A DNA stretch of 64,000 nt from assembly GCA_020891255.1 (NCBI GenBank), contig BQFW01000015.1, forward strand, positions 1,798,001 to 1,862,000, read 5' to 3'. Position 1 is the first letter of the stretch; every line of letters starts with the position of its first letter. This document shows positions 27,427 to 39,006 of the stretch, piece after piece. A program made the translations under genes and the position numbers. Origin of the DNA: Entomortierella parvispora E1425. Its lineage: Eukaryota > Fungi > Mortierellomycota. The notes under the pieces were generated by a model. It saw only the letters and a list, made by a program, of their open reading frames with translations. It was not told where the DNA came from and ran no database searches.

Positions 27427-29479
27427 TTAGCGACGAGGTTGCTGTGATCGTGGTTGGTGCTGCTGTTGCTGTTGCTGATGATGGGATTGCTGCTGGTGGT
27501 GCTGCTGCTGGAATTGCTGTTGATGGTGCTGCTGAGGGTGGTGTTGAGCCATCTGCTGTTGCTGCTGCTGTTGCAATTGCTGCTGCTGCAACTGCTGCTT
27601 CTGGTAAAGAAGCTTTTGCTGCTCCTCGTGATGGTTCTGCATCTCCTGGTGCTGCTGTGAATCCAAGGCGGAGGGGGCAACATAGAGACGCTTGTCAATA
27701 ACAGGGGGAATGGCCTGGATTTCTGTTCCCAGCTCCTGCTCAATCTTGTACAAGTTGAACCGATCCTCGTAAGTGATCAGGTTAATGGCCAGACCCAAGT
27801 GACCGAAACGCCCACTACGACCAATACGATGAAGATAGGTCTCTGCATTCTTGGGAAAGTCAAAGTTGATGACAACATTGACAGCCTGGATATCAATACC
27901 ACGCGTCAACAGATCAGAGCAGACCAGGTTTCGGCAAACACCATTTCGGAAGTCGTGGAAGACGCGGTTACGGTGCGATTGCAACATCTTTGCGTGCGAA
28001 TAGAAACAAGAGTATCCGAGCTCAGTGATCTTTTTTGCCAAGAGTTCCACACGGTTGGTCGAGTTGCAGAAAATAATAGACTGGTTGATTTGAAGCTAAT
28101 GTGTTGAAAGAATAAATGAGTTGAGTACGCCGGCGTCAACTGAAATGTATGAGACCAAATTATAGACAAGTTACCTTGGAGAACAGGGTGTTGAGGCAGT
28201 GAACTTTTTGGCGTTCTTCCACAAAGGCATAGTACTGGGTGACACCGCGAAGGGTGAGCTCGTCCATTAGGTTAATCTCGTAGGGCTTGACCATGTGTTT
28301 ATCCTTAAAGGTCTTGACGATGAGGGGGAAGGTTGCAGAGTAGAGCATGATCTGACGCTCCTTGGGGAAGTATGTGAGCAATTGCTCGACAATTGGCGTG
28401 AATTCGGGACTGAGAAGCTTATCGGCCTCATCCATGACAAAGGTCGTGCATTCGCTAAAGTTGGCAACGCCCTTGCCAGCCAGGTCGAGGATACGACCAG
28501 GCGTACCAACGATAATGTGAACAGTCTCGGCCAGTCTCATAATATCATCCTTGAGGGTGGTGCCTCCAGTCGTGACCATGACCTGAACACCCATGTGCTT
28601 GCCCAGGGTCTTGCAGACCTGGGCGGTCTGGAGAGCCAGCTCTCGGGTTGGGACCAGGAGCAGGGCCTGAACCTTTGTCTTTTTCAAATTGATCTTTTCA
28701 AGGGAGGGAATGACGAAGGCAGCGGTCTTTCCTGTGCCGTTCTTGGCTCGGGCCAAGATGTCCCTGCCTGCGAGGGCAATAGGTATAGACTCTTCCTGGA
28801 TAGGCGATGGTCTTTCGAAGCCAGCCTCGAAGATGCCCATCAAGAGCTCGCGCTTCAAGAAGTAGTCCTCGAACTCGTTGCCTTTGGTCGCAGTGACGTC
28901 CTGTGGATCGAAAGGGGGAAATACACAGAAAAAAAGAATAAAAAAAAAAAGTTTCATCCAGTCAGTTGAGAAACACACAAGAGCAGCAAGCACAAACACA
29001 CGCACTCTCTTTCTGTTTGCTCAAACGTTGAAAGAGGCCACACGAGCTGCATGGTCCTTTTCTGTACCTCAGTCTGTGGGCGAGTATCTTTTGTTGGCAG
29101 GCTGAGCTGCTTCTTCCAGCTGTCATGCTCGTGCCTGCACGATGAAAGGGAAAAGAGAAAGGAGATCTGAGATTAGTGCTCAGATCAAACTAGTCCAGAC
29201 TGGATGCATCCATTATCAGCGCCGTGCTGCATGTGGCTGTCCCTGAGTCGTCAGTGCGATGGATCAGTCAGAAGGCGACAGACCATGCTGTGATGTCCAA
29301 GCTCATAGCACTGGCCCAGACCAAGGCCAGTGGGCAAACAAAGGCCAGTGGGCAAGCATGCACACGCATCCATTAAAAGAGAAAAAAAAGAGCGCGCGTC
29401 TGTGTGTGGGTAAGTTAAATCAGAGCTGCACCTACGCCATGTGTGGTTGTTGCTGTTGTTGCTGTTGATTGGCCGCCAT
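27427..29479 (-). CDS. DHH1: DEAD-box RNA helicase Dhh1/DDX6 (exons 29479-29436, 29134-29068, 28900-28175, 28095-27427; 501 aa)
   Basis: Contains KDTRPQTE|[48 protein letters not shown] and [13 protein letters not shown], with a polyQ C-terminus. Confidence 0.97.
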
Positions 29480-29962
29480 GAATAAAAGGAGGATGGGCAG
29501 GGCAGGGATAAAGTGTTTTAGAAGGTACTTTCTGGTCTGAGGATGAGCAGGAGAGAGAGGAGAGGGAAGTCTTATTGTAGAAAAGAAGAGAAGGAAAGCT
29601 GATCAAAGAGAAACAATCGTCGGTTTGAATTCACTGGGAGTGGGCGGGTGTGATTTGGGTATGCTCGTTGGCTGTTGCTGTTGTAGAGTATGGCTGTGAG
29701 CGGGGCAGGGTCGAGGAACAAGGGGAAGGAAGGAGAGAGAAAGAGAGAAGGAAAGGGAACAATGGAGGAAGGAAGAGAAGATGGGAACGAAGAGAAAAGA
29801 GTTCTTCACTCTCTTTCTCTTTGCACGCACAGAAAGGGAGAGTGCGGCGGGGAAGGGGTGATCCGCCCCTTAACGAGCACCCCTGCTCTGTTCTGTTCTG
29901 TTCTGTCTGTCGAGTCAAGCATGCATGCATGCACCGTTGCATCCACCCGCTCACTCTCCTCT

Positions 29963-29996
<34 letters not shown>

Positions 29997-30053
29997 AGTC
30001 CTGGCCTCCTTGCTTTTCCACAAACGACAAGCAACCTCCCTTGCCGCTCAACC

Positions 30054-31988
30054 ATGCGCCCAAAGGTCATCTCGCCGGCCCGAGCCGTCATCCTCACATG
30101 CGCTGCAATCTCGCTCATCCTACCCTCTGTCGCCTCCACCACTTACGGCTTTGTCTTCAATGACCTCCTCGCCCATCCACAGTACAAAGTAAAGCGCCTC
30201 CCCCCTGTTGCAGCGTCCGAGATTGGCGCAGAGAGGCTTCAAAGGGGGAACGACCACCACAAGGTAATTATCCGTTTCCTGGGCTACATGTTGACCTGAA
30301 TTCTTCTCGTCCGGTTTGATAGAACTAACGCGGTCAGTTCATGAAATAGATCATGCAGTCAGCACCACTCCTCGATACAATTAATCAACCAGAGGCGGAC
30401 CAAGTCAAGGAACCGAGCGACTCGGGAAATGAAGGCAGAAGTGATAAAGAGGACTCTCCGGCGACCACCATGTTCATGAGACGTCCAGATGGGCAGCAGT
30501 GGGTGTGCTCTATCCCACAGCTCAAAATTGTCGAGGTTCCAGAAGCGCCACCAAAGACTGCTCAGGAGTTGGCCGAGGAGGAAAGGGGCATTATTCGACG
30601 TGGTCTGGCATTATTGGACCATTTGAGTGGCCGTTGTCTGTACTCACTTCATGTAAGTTTGGGAGACCGGGTTTTGTTTAGCGCATGTCGCTCACCCATG
30701 CTAACTGAGAATACTCTCACTCTATAGATCCCTGACTACTGGACATATGAATACTGCCACAAGAAAAGCATCCGACAGTACCACGCCGTCATTGTCAATC
30801 AGCAGATTGTGCCCGAGAAAAAAGAACTGACTTTCGTCTGTGGCAAATATGAGCAGCCATCCACAGAAGTTCATGGACACCCAGGCAATGAAGGATCACT
30901 GCAGCAACGCGAAACAGGTCTGAGCGCTGGAACTGTGACAGAACTAAAAGAAAACAACGGCCGCAAATATCTTGTCCAGCGTTGGACTGATGGAGACGAA
31001 TGTGATCTCACAGGCCAAAAAAGAACTATCGAAGTCCAGGTAGGGTGACGAGAAGGAGGCCCTTTTGCCTAGGGTCTATTTTATGGCACAAACACGTTTC
31101 TAACCCGCCTTTTAATCACATTGGCCCCTGTAGTTTCAATGCGCCCCCCATGTTCTGGGCGAACGAATCCAAGTGGTTACAGAGGAGAAATCGTGTACCT
31201 ACATTATGGTCATTTACTCGCGCAGTCTTTGCGCAGAGGTGAGCTTTGACAGTGTTCCGGCTCCCGAAGCGAACAATATCGATTGCAGACCAATTATCTC
31301 CGACAACGTTGTCCCCAGGGACGAGAACCTTCTTCCACCTGCGGCTGTTCCAGAGGCCATCGATGGTGGTTTAGCTGAGATGGACGCATCGGAAACCAAA
31401 GCCAAGGCACAGGCCACATTCACGATTGATGACATTGTGAAGCGCTTGGAAGAAATGCCCGGGGAGACACACAGATCTCAGGACAGCATTCTTGCAGAAA
31501 TGGATGCCTATTTGCAGGCGCTCAAGCCTCTTATGACAGAGGCACAGAGAGAGAACATCCAGAAGATCGAGGATTACCTGCATGGAAAAGATAGAATCTT
31601 CAAGTTTGAAGGACATGATGTCTACGGCGAGGCAATCAACTTGGACACTTTCTTCAAGCCGATCATTATCGTTGACGGGGAATCCGTGACCACCGGCGAC
31701 GATCCAAAGACAAACCAAGCTTCTGAACAAAAGAAAAGGGACCAGGCTGAGCCTGATGACACGGACGACCCAACAGCATGGGCGACGCGGCTAATTGAAG
31801 ACCTCAAGAAAAAGGCGGAGCTTGGCCAAGATACCGAAAAGCTGACCGCCGCTCAGGAACGTGAAATTGAGGAACTGATGGACCTTATCTTCGGACTCGA
31901 TGATTCGGCTGAGGCTGCTGGCAGTACAGGCGAAAAGGCGACTCGGGAGGAAACCAAGGATGATATCAAAAAGAAGCAGGAAGAGTAA
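30054..31988 (+). CDS. YOS9: OS-9/Yos9 ER lectin with MRH domain (exons 30054-30263, 30350-30652, 30728-31039, 31134-31988; 559 aa)
   Basis: Signal peptide, GFVFNDLLAHPQYKV, YWTYEYCHKKSIRQYH, QRWTDGDECDLTGQKRTIEVQ|FQC and EEKSCTYIMVIYS. The C-terminus ends KKKQEE, not HDEL/KDEL. Confidence 0.88.
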
Positions 31989-32607
31989 AAAAAATGTAGA
32001 TATCGCCTTCTCTTACGGCACTCAAATATACACCATTTCGCAACTTCGTTTCTAAGAGTAAACTTTTGGGCGCAGTGAAAGGACACGTTTTCATTGGAAG
32101 TCGGCGCTGGGACAGAGCTCATAAAACACCTCAAGTCTCAGCCGGTCTGGATCTTACCCTGCGGCAGGTTGAAGGTTCATCTGGCCCACGCTTTGCTCTT
32201 TGTTTCTATTCTTGTCAGCAGGTTAAGACCCACCTGCGCCTGCCCATGCAGTCTGATTACTGCTCAAGGTGGTGACGCGTTCAGAGCAGTACGACATTCT
32301 CTTTGCACAGGGGAGTCAGGTCAGGCACCACGACCATAGGGGGCTCATGCAAAAGAAGCTGGACTTCTGACTACTTCCCCTTCCGGTCGTTTTCAAGTAG
32401 ATGGAAGGAAAGAGCATGGGAAGAACACTGATAACAAACCAGTTGCAAAGAGCCTCATAAATAGTCTGGTTGCCAACTGCTCTTCTGGCGAACTCTTTTT
32501 TTATTCCCTTTCTTTTTTCTCCACAGTCGTCACACGCCCTCTTCTTTCCCTTTCGGCTCGCTTCCTACAGCATCCCGCTTCACTCATTACTAGCAACTCT
32601 GTCAAAG

Positions 32608-33675
32608 ATGCAACTCAAGTTCCTCTCGGTCACCGCACTCGCCCTCGCTGCTGCATGCATGCCTTTGGCCCAGTCTCATCCCACCCAACGTTGCACCAAC
32701 GCGCCTTTGAAGATCATGACCGTCTTTGGTGACTCGTACTCCGATACCGGCAACGAATACCGCCTGTCAAACAAGACTTGGCCCTTGCCTTGGTACTATA
32801 AAGGACGGTTCTCCAACGGAAAAGTCTGGTCTGAACATGTAAGGACGACTATGCAAAACATTGACCACGTCTCCTGAATATTTCTTGAACCAGACAAAAG
32901 AAAATTCACATGATCTTTTTTCTGTGGCTCCACTCTTCTTCAATAGGTTGCAAAGGACAAACACTACGAACTCCGTAACTACGCCTATGCTGGGGCTACC
33001 ACTGATTCTACGATGGTTCAAGGCTACTCCGGTGCAGACGGCAATATGCCGGTTCCTGGGTTCATTCAGCAGGTTCAGACCTATCTAGATGACCACCACA
33101 ATCATGCCTCTCCCAACTACAACGAGTTGTTTGTCATTGATTTCCAGGGCAACGACTACGTGTTCAACCCAGAGATCCCGACCAAGTCCGTCCTCGACAG
33201 ATTGAAGACGGGTCTTGAGCGACTGGTCCGAGATGCGGGAGCGCGTCAGATTTTGGTGGTTGAAAACATCAATTTCGGCCTTGTCCCTGAGCTCTTCAAG
33301 AATGCGACCCTGTCCTCCCTTTTTTCCTCGATTGCAGCCGAGCAATGGAAAGACTACAAGGATGACTTTGCGGTTATGATGAAAAGCAAGTATGGTGCCG
33401 TCCAAAACCCTCAACACCCCTTCGATATGTGCCGCTCGGACCGTGACAAGAACAAGGTTCATATTGGGTACTTCAGAATTGCTGACCTGTTCAAGGAGCT
33501 GTACAAGCCCGCGTCGTTGAAGCGTCTGGGTATCACAGATGTCGTCCATGGCTGTGTGAGCAACGATTACAAGACGTTGTGCAAGGACGCTGGAGAGCAC
33601 TTTTACTGGGATGCCTTCCATGTCACCGAGAAGATTCAAATCGAGGTGGCGAAGGCGGTAGAGAAGCTCCTTTGA
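32608..33675 (+). CDS. Secreted SGNH/GDSL-family lipase or esterase (exons 32608-32838, 32947-33675; 319 aa)
   Basis: Signal peptide; block I FGDSYSDTG, GRFSNGKVW; block II NYAYAGAT; block III QGND; block V WDAFH with the DxxH dyad. Confidence 0.9.
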
Positions 33676-34620
33676 AGACATGTGTATGCATTTAATTCCT
33701 TTATCAAAAAACTACTTTGAAAGTCCTTTAAAGATAATAAATAAAAACTTGGGGAGCAAAGCCATCGCCACCGGGCGTGCAGGCTGTGTCGATATCCTTC
33801 CTTTTGCGCCTAGTCCCAAGCAGATGTTTTCTATTGCGCCACTTACATTTGTTTTGGTGGCAACATCCATCTCGACGCGTTTCTCGCTCATTCTTGTGCC
33901 ACACCAAAATCGACTGTCAGACCAGTTCCAAAATAAGAATGGGAAGGAGACACGATGGATCCCCCCCTTCATGTTTTCCCAATTCTGTCGAGGTCATTCC
34001 CGCGGAGGGAGAATTTCCAAGGTGAGCCATGACGCCTGCATTTGGACTGAGTTTTCCTTTTGTCTTGTCGTCTTCTGTAAAGTTGCCGATACAGCATACA
34101 ATAGCGAGCGTGTGCCTCAAGACTACCATGTGAGGAGTCGAAGGTTCTATTTTTTTTTATCCGTTGGGTACCTTGCAGCATAAACTCCAAACCCGGAAAA
34201 AAAATTATTCTCAATTAGAAACCGACCTCTCTTGATCTGGACTCTCTTACTTTTCTAGCGAGGGCTCCCCCTGTCCAACCCCTCTTTTGCTTGTATGATA
34301 CTGCACTCTCTTCATCCTGAGAGGCCATAATTGAGCAGAAAGGGGGAAGTGAATCAACTTGAGAGAGATAGAGAGAGAGAGAGAGAGAGATGAGAAACAG
34401 AATTGAGCATGTTGAGCTGACAACTGGGTGTGTGCGTAATTTCCAGGGGTGAGCGAAGGAGCGTTCTCTCACGAGAGTTCCCAAGTTTACGCCCACTTTG
34501 GAACAGGGGTAGAACAGGGAGTGCCACCAATGTCTCTGCCACATCAGTCAAGGGAGAAGGGAGACAGGGCAGGACAGGAGAGTGGGCGGTGAACGCTTGG
34601 GCACTTCACCAGTCCTTGGT

Positions 34621-34690
34621 TTGCTGTTGTTGTTGTTGTTGTTGTTGTTGTTGCTGCTGCTGCTACTGTTGCTGCTGCTGTTGCTGTTGT
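34621..34690. repeat. (GTT/GCT)n trinucleotide repeat, non-coding
   Basis: About 23 TGY units, upstream of the Mid2-like gene. Confidence 0.9.
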
Positions 34691-35363
34691 GTTGATGGTC
34701 CAAGGCCTCCTTTCCGCAGACACAGAGACGCGCCCAAAGCCGGGTTGGGTCAGACTCAGAGCAACGTGCCAGCACAGGTCCGACGACTTCCTTGACGGCG
34801 GGAGCTAAAAATAATCAGCGCTGCCCAGGCGAACAACAGACGTGACGATGGAGATGGACGATGATGATGAGAATGGAATTTAGAGTTGTGGGCCCGCCTG
34901 TTTCCCTCCCTTCTCTGTGGTCGCACAGAGGGGCAGGCCTGACTCGGTGGCAACAGCCGACAGAGATCGTCTCAGTGAGAGTCCAGAGAAACGTTTTTTG
35001 TTCCTTCTTTTCTTTCTTCTGGGTCTTCTTTTGTCTTTTCTCTTCCTCTTCCTCTCGTTACTTGAAGACCTCCTCTCCCTGTCCATTCCTCTTTATCTCG
35101 CCCCACTCCTCTTCATCCACCTCCCTCTCGACGTCTTCACTCGCACCCGCTTGCATCTCCTCCATCAGGCACTTCTCTTCATCGCTCTTTCTGGCTGTGT
35201 CGTTTGCTCAATTCCCTCACCCTTTAGACCAGAGTCGACTCTTTGTCCTTGGTTGCACAGCTCTTCGCCGTGGTCCCTGCGCCCCCATCCACTACTCTCT
35301 TATCTACGCACGATCGATTGCACTTATCCTTTCTGCACCCCAAAACTTCTGTGATCCTCAACG

Positions 35364-37299
35364 ATGCTCGACTTTACCCTGTCGGTCGTCGCAGCAGTGG
35401 CTCTGGCCAACCTTGGCCGTGTCCAGGCACAGGTAATAGAACATGCTCCCTTCCATCAATTCAGTGTGATATAAATACAACGCCTCGTTCATTTAGTTGC
35501 GCCGATGGAATTTTATATTATTGTCTGCATCCTGTTCCTGATGCCCCTGCAGGCGTGGTTTTGATCGGCCACAGCGAGGAGAGGCACTGCTACCCTGCGG
35601 ATCTCCAATGTACCTTTGTCTCTCGCCTCCCCCTGTCCCCCCCCCCCCGCCCTTTTGTAATTGCGCAAACCCCTCGGTCTGACATTTCCGCCGTCGTCTC
35701 TTTGATTAGAATGGATCGGGGTCTGTCACAGACCCTGTTGAAAGCACTCCAGCCAGCGTGTCCCCGACAACCCCCGTCGAGTCGCACACCCCCATCGCGA
35801 CTACCACGACATTACCAATAGTCACTACTACGACAGAGACCCCGATCATCACCACCACGACAACAACGGCAGCCACCCTTCCCTCATCCAGCGTCACCCC
35901 AACACCATCACCAACTACTACCAGCGTCTATGTTCCCCCTGCAACGACTCACTCGCAATTGCCACCACCAATCACTGGTCCCGGCCGTTCGACAACCATC
36001 GAGACGAGTTCTGTCCCTACTTCCACCTCCACTGTTGGGCCTGCGACCGGAGGCACGAGCTCTAGTACTTCCTCCAATGTTCCAGCCATTGTGGGATCCA
36101 TTGCCGGTGTGGCAGCCTTGATTATTATTGTGGCCACCTCTGTGATCTGTTACCGCCGCAGCCGTCGTAACAACAGGGAGTTGACCTTTGATGCTCTGCA
36201 GGGTATGAGCGGACCCGGCTCCGCCTCAGGCAAGCGCCAGAGCTTCAATTATTTGACCCACGCTGATAGCCCCACGGTGAGTGGCCGTGCGGCCGTGGGC
36301 CTGAACAGCGTGACCTCGGGAGGATACGACGACGGTTATGATTATGAAATGCAGTCCAATTCAGGATACCCTGTCCAGAACCACAACTACAACCCCAACA
36401 ACTACGATGGCTATGCGGGAGGATCCCCCCACCCTGGTTACCACCCTAGCCCAACCATCTTCCAGGAAGATCTCCTTCAACACCAGGCCTCGGTCGCAGC
36501 TTCAAGTTTGCCTGTGGCTGCGTCCTTTGCGGCCGCTGGAAGAGGCCGAACTGGGTTTGATCAAAATTTGCCCGAGGTCATGTACAATGGAGTAGAAGAT
36601 CATGCGGCCGCCACGGGGTATTACAACGACGCCGATATTTATCACCAACAGGGCTGGAGCGGCCAGCCCGCCGATGGACATGTTGGATCTCAGGGACTCT
36701 GGGTTGCCAATCCCGAGGCTCTGCGTCGTCGGGAAGAGGAGGCCGAGTACTATAATCACATCAACACGATCTATGGCGAGACTCCACACAACGATAATGA
36801 ACTGTTGACTACTGTCCCCGTTCCCCCCACTCAATTTGCATCGGCCCACTCCCTCGAGTCGACGACATTGGCGAGCAATGGAGGAGAAGTTTCGCCCACA
36901 CGTAACAAGTTCAGAAGCAGTGGAAACCCCCAGACCTTGCCCGAGGACTCGCCCATCTTGAAGTCGAGCACGTTGCGAGGAGGCGGAGAGGTCTTTGCCC
37001 AGGAGAGTGCCGCGCGCTCAGTTTCACCACGTATTGCTGTCCAAGAAGTGGCCGCAACGAGCAGCAATAGCAGTCCACGCCTTGGACACACCCGTGAAAT
37101 GAAGAGCTTTGAGATCTCGCGACAAGCCCCTTCTAGACCTTCAGGCGAGCATGTACAGAGCTACGCTGCTGACTACGTTCGTGAACGTCCCTCAGTGGAT
37201 GTGGGTTTCTCGACCACACCCGCTGATCCAGACTCCCCAGAGTCCCCTTTGAACCCCAACAAGAGTCTTCGAACTCTCCGCCGCGAGGACTGGTCGTAG
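35364..37299 (+). CDS. Type I membrane protein of Mid2/Wsc-like cell-surface-sensor architecture (exons 35364-35432, 35710-37299; 552 aa)
   Basis: Signal peptide MLDFTLSVVAAVALANLGRVQA, then a Thr/Ser/Pro-rich stalk, TM AIVGSIAGVAALIIIVATSVICY, basic RRSRR and a Tyr-rich cytoplasmic tail. The exon join is in phase 0. The family is inferred from architecture only. Confidence 0.72.
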
Positions 37300-38611
37300 A
37301 AATGAAGAGAATATTCATTCGTGATCGACTTGTAAAAACCCCTCTCAAAGAAAAAAAGTAGCCATTAGTTTTAATATAATTTGCATTTGTTCATCTCAGT
37401 ACTGAAGCATTCCTTGTTGTCGTGGCCATCCCTGATCTTTCAATAGAGATACCATCTTGCATTCGTGGCATGACCTATGTGCTTTCTTATTCTTTTTGTC
37501 TTCATTTATTCATTTTTGGACCTACAGACTAACTTCATCCGCGTATACACCAAGCGTGCTTTGTCATCATGGAGAGATATGGGCAAGTAGATGCCAGAAA
37601 AGCTGAGAAAAAAACGAGACGTCTAGCTTGAAAGATTGTCGTTATCCATAGGGTTGATTACTAAGGATCCCGCCACGGCGATTCATTCGATCTGTATACA
37701 GCGAACGTGTTGGGTTGTAGTTGTTTACTACGGATATTTCTTGATGATACTCTTCAGACGACATGCTGGCTCTGGTTTTGCTATTTGCTGACGGTGTGTT
37801 GTTTGTGAAAGGATTGGTGCCTAGAACGTAGAGAGTTGCAATGGCTGAAAGACACCAGGCAGGCTACAAGAGAGATTAGAGATATCACAGGGAAGGTGTT
37901 AGGAATATTAAAATACGGGGAAGAGTCAGTGACCTTTCCAGGTACATAGTTGCATGGTATTGAACACGGGGATAGCCCAGGCGATAGCCTGTATCTCCAA
38001 ATCGGACAATCCGCGATTTCAGAATGATAAGCAAATGCAACCCCTTTGGGATTCTCAGCAGCCAGATCGTCCACAGCTTGTCTGTCGAGGAATGCGTGCG
38101 TGGGCCGTTGGGGTTCCAAGATAATCGAGCGCATCAGTATTTGTGGCTGGTACCACAACAGGTGGAATGGGGATAGAGAGCTTCCCTAGGACCTTTTGCG
38201 TGGATGCGGGTCCCTGTCCAAGAAAGTCAAACAGAAATGACGGGCTAACATTGCCTGTGCGACCACGGCGGGCGTGGGGGGTCATGCGCCCAAGCTTAAA
38301 TGAGGTTATTTTGGGGTCAAACAGTGTCCGCATCACCCATTCGTTCCATGGGAATGCAACATTGCAAGATGCATCCAGAGGATGGTGCATTGAACGCGGT
38401 GTTCTCGCCTCTTGTAAGTTCATAACCACGATTGCCAATCGCTATCGACTCTTGAGGACAAGGTCCCGTTGGCCAGGTTCTTGTCACCAGGGTGACCGAC
38501 CAGTCACTTGAAAAGGAACGCGATTTTTTTCTTCCTTTTTCTTTTGTTCCTCACTTCTGACACCCGCGCTCCCCCACACTTTCACCCCATTCTCCTTGAT
38601 CTCATCCCCTG

Positions 38612-38638
38612 CCCCATCCCCATCCCCATCCCCATCCC
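38612..38638. repeat. (CCCCAT)4 tandem repeat, able to form a G-quadruplex on the minus strand
   Basis: Four exact CCCCAT units plus CCC. Confidence 0.85.
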
Positions 38639-39006
38639 TGTCTTCAGCCTCTGCTCCATCATTCTATCTCCTGGCATTGTTGTCGCTGTTCTCTCCTCTT
38701 GATTTGAATGGCCGAAAGATTGTCGCGATAGCATCAAGATTAGAGTGCATGTTTGAGCGTGTCTGTGTGTGTGTCACCATCGATCCCTTGGATGGCGCCT
38801 GTCCTCGTATCTTGCCCCATCATCTGTTTGCACCAATTCACTCTTTCTTCTCTTCCTTCGCCCTTTCCCTCCCGTTTTTTAATAATCTCCCTTGAGTCTT
38901 GTAACAGCTAGTCTTCTTCCTTTTCTCTCCCCATCCCGCTCCCCTCCCTCATAAAGCACACCCTGCATCTCTTTCTGCCGTCCTCAACCAGCTCGACTGG
39001 ACCATC

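Noticed and set aside
29230-29260. CUGACGA (hammerhead-like core) in DHH1 intron 1
   Set aside because: No downstream GAAA or closing stems.
35465-35609. Cys-rich reading frame (CDINT...HCYPADLQC) inside the Mid2-like intron as a possible extracellular domain exon
   Set aside because: It would need a 32-nt intron, and its donor phase does not match the downstream exon.
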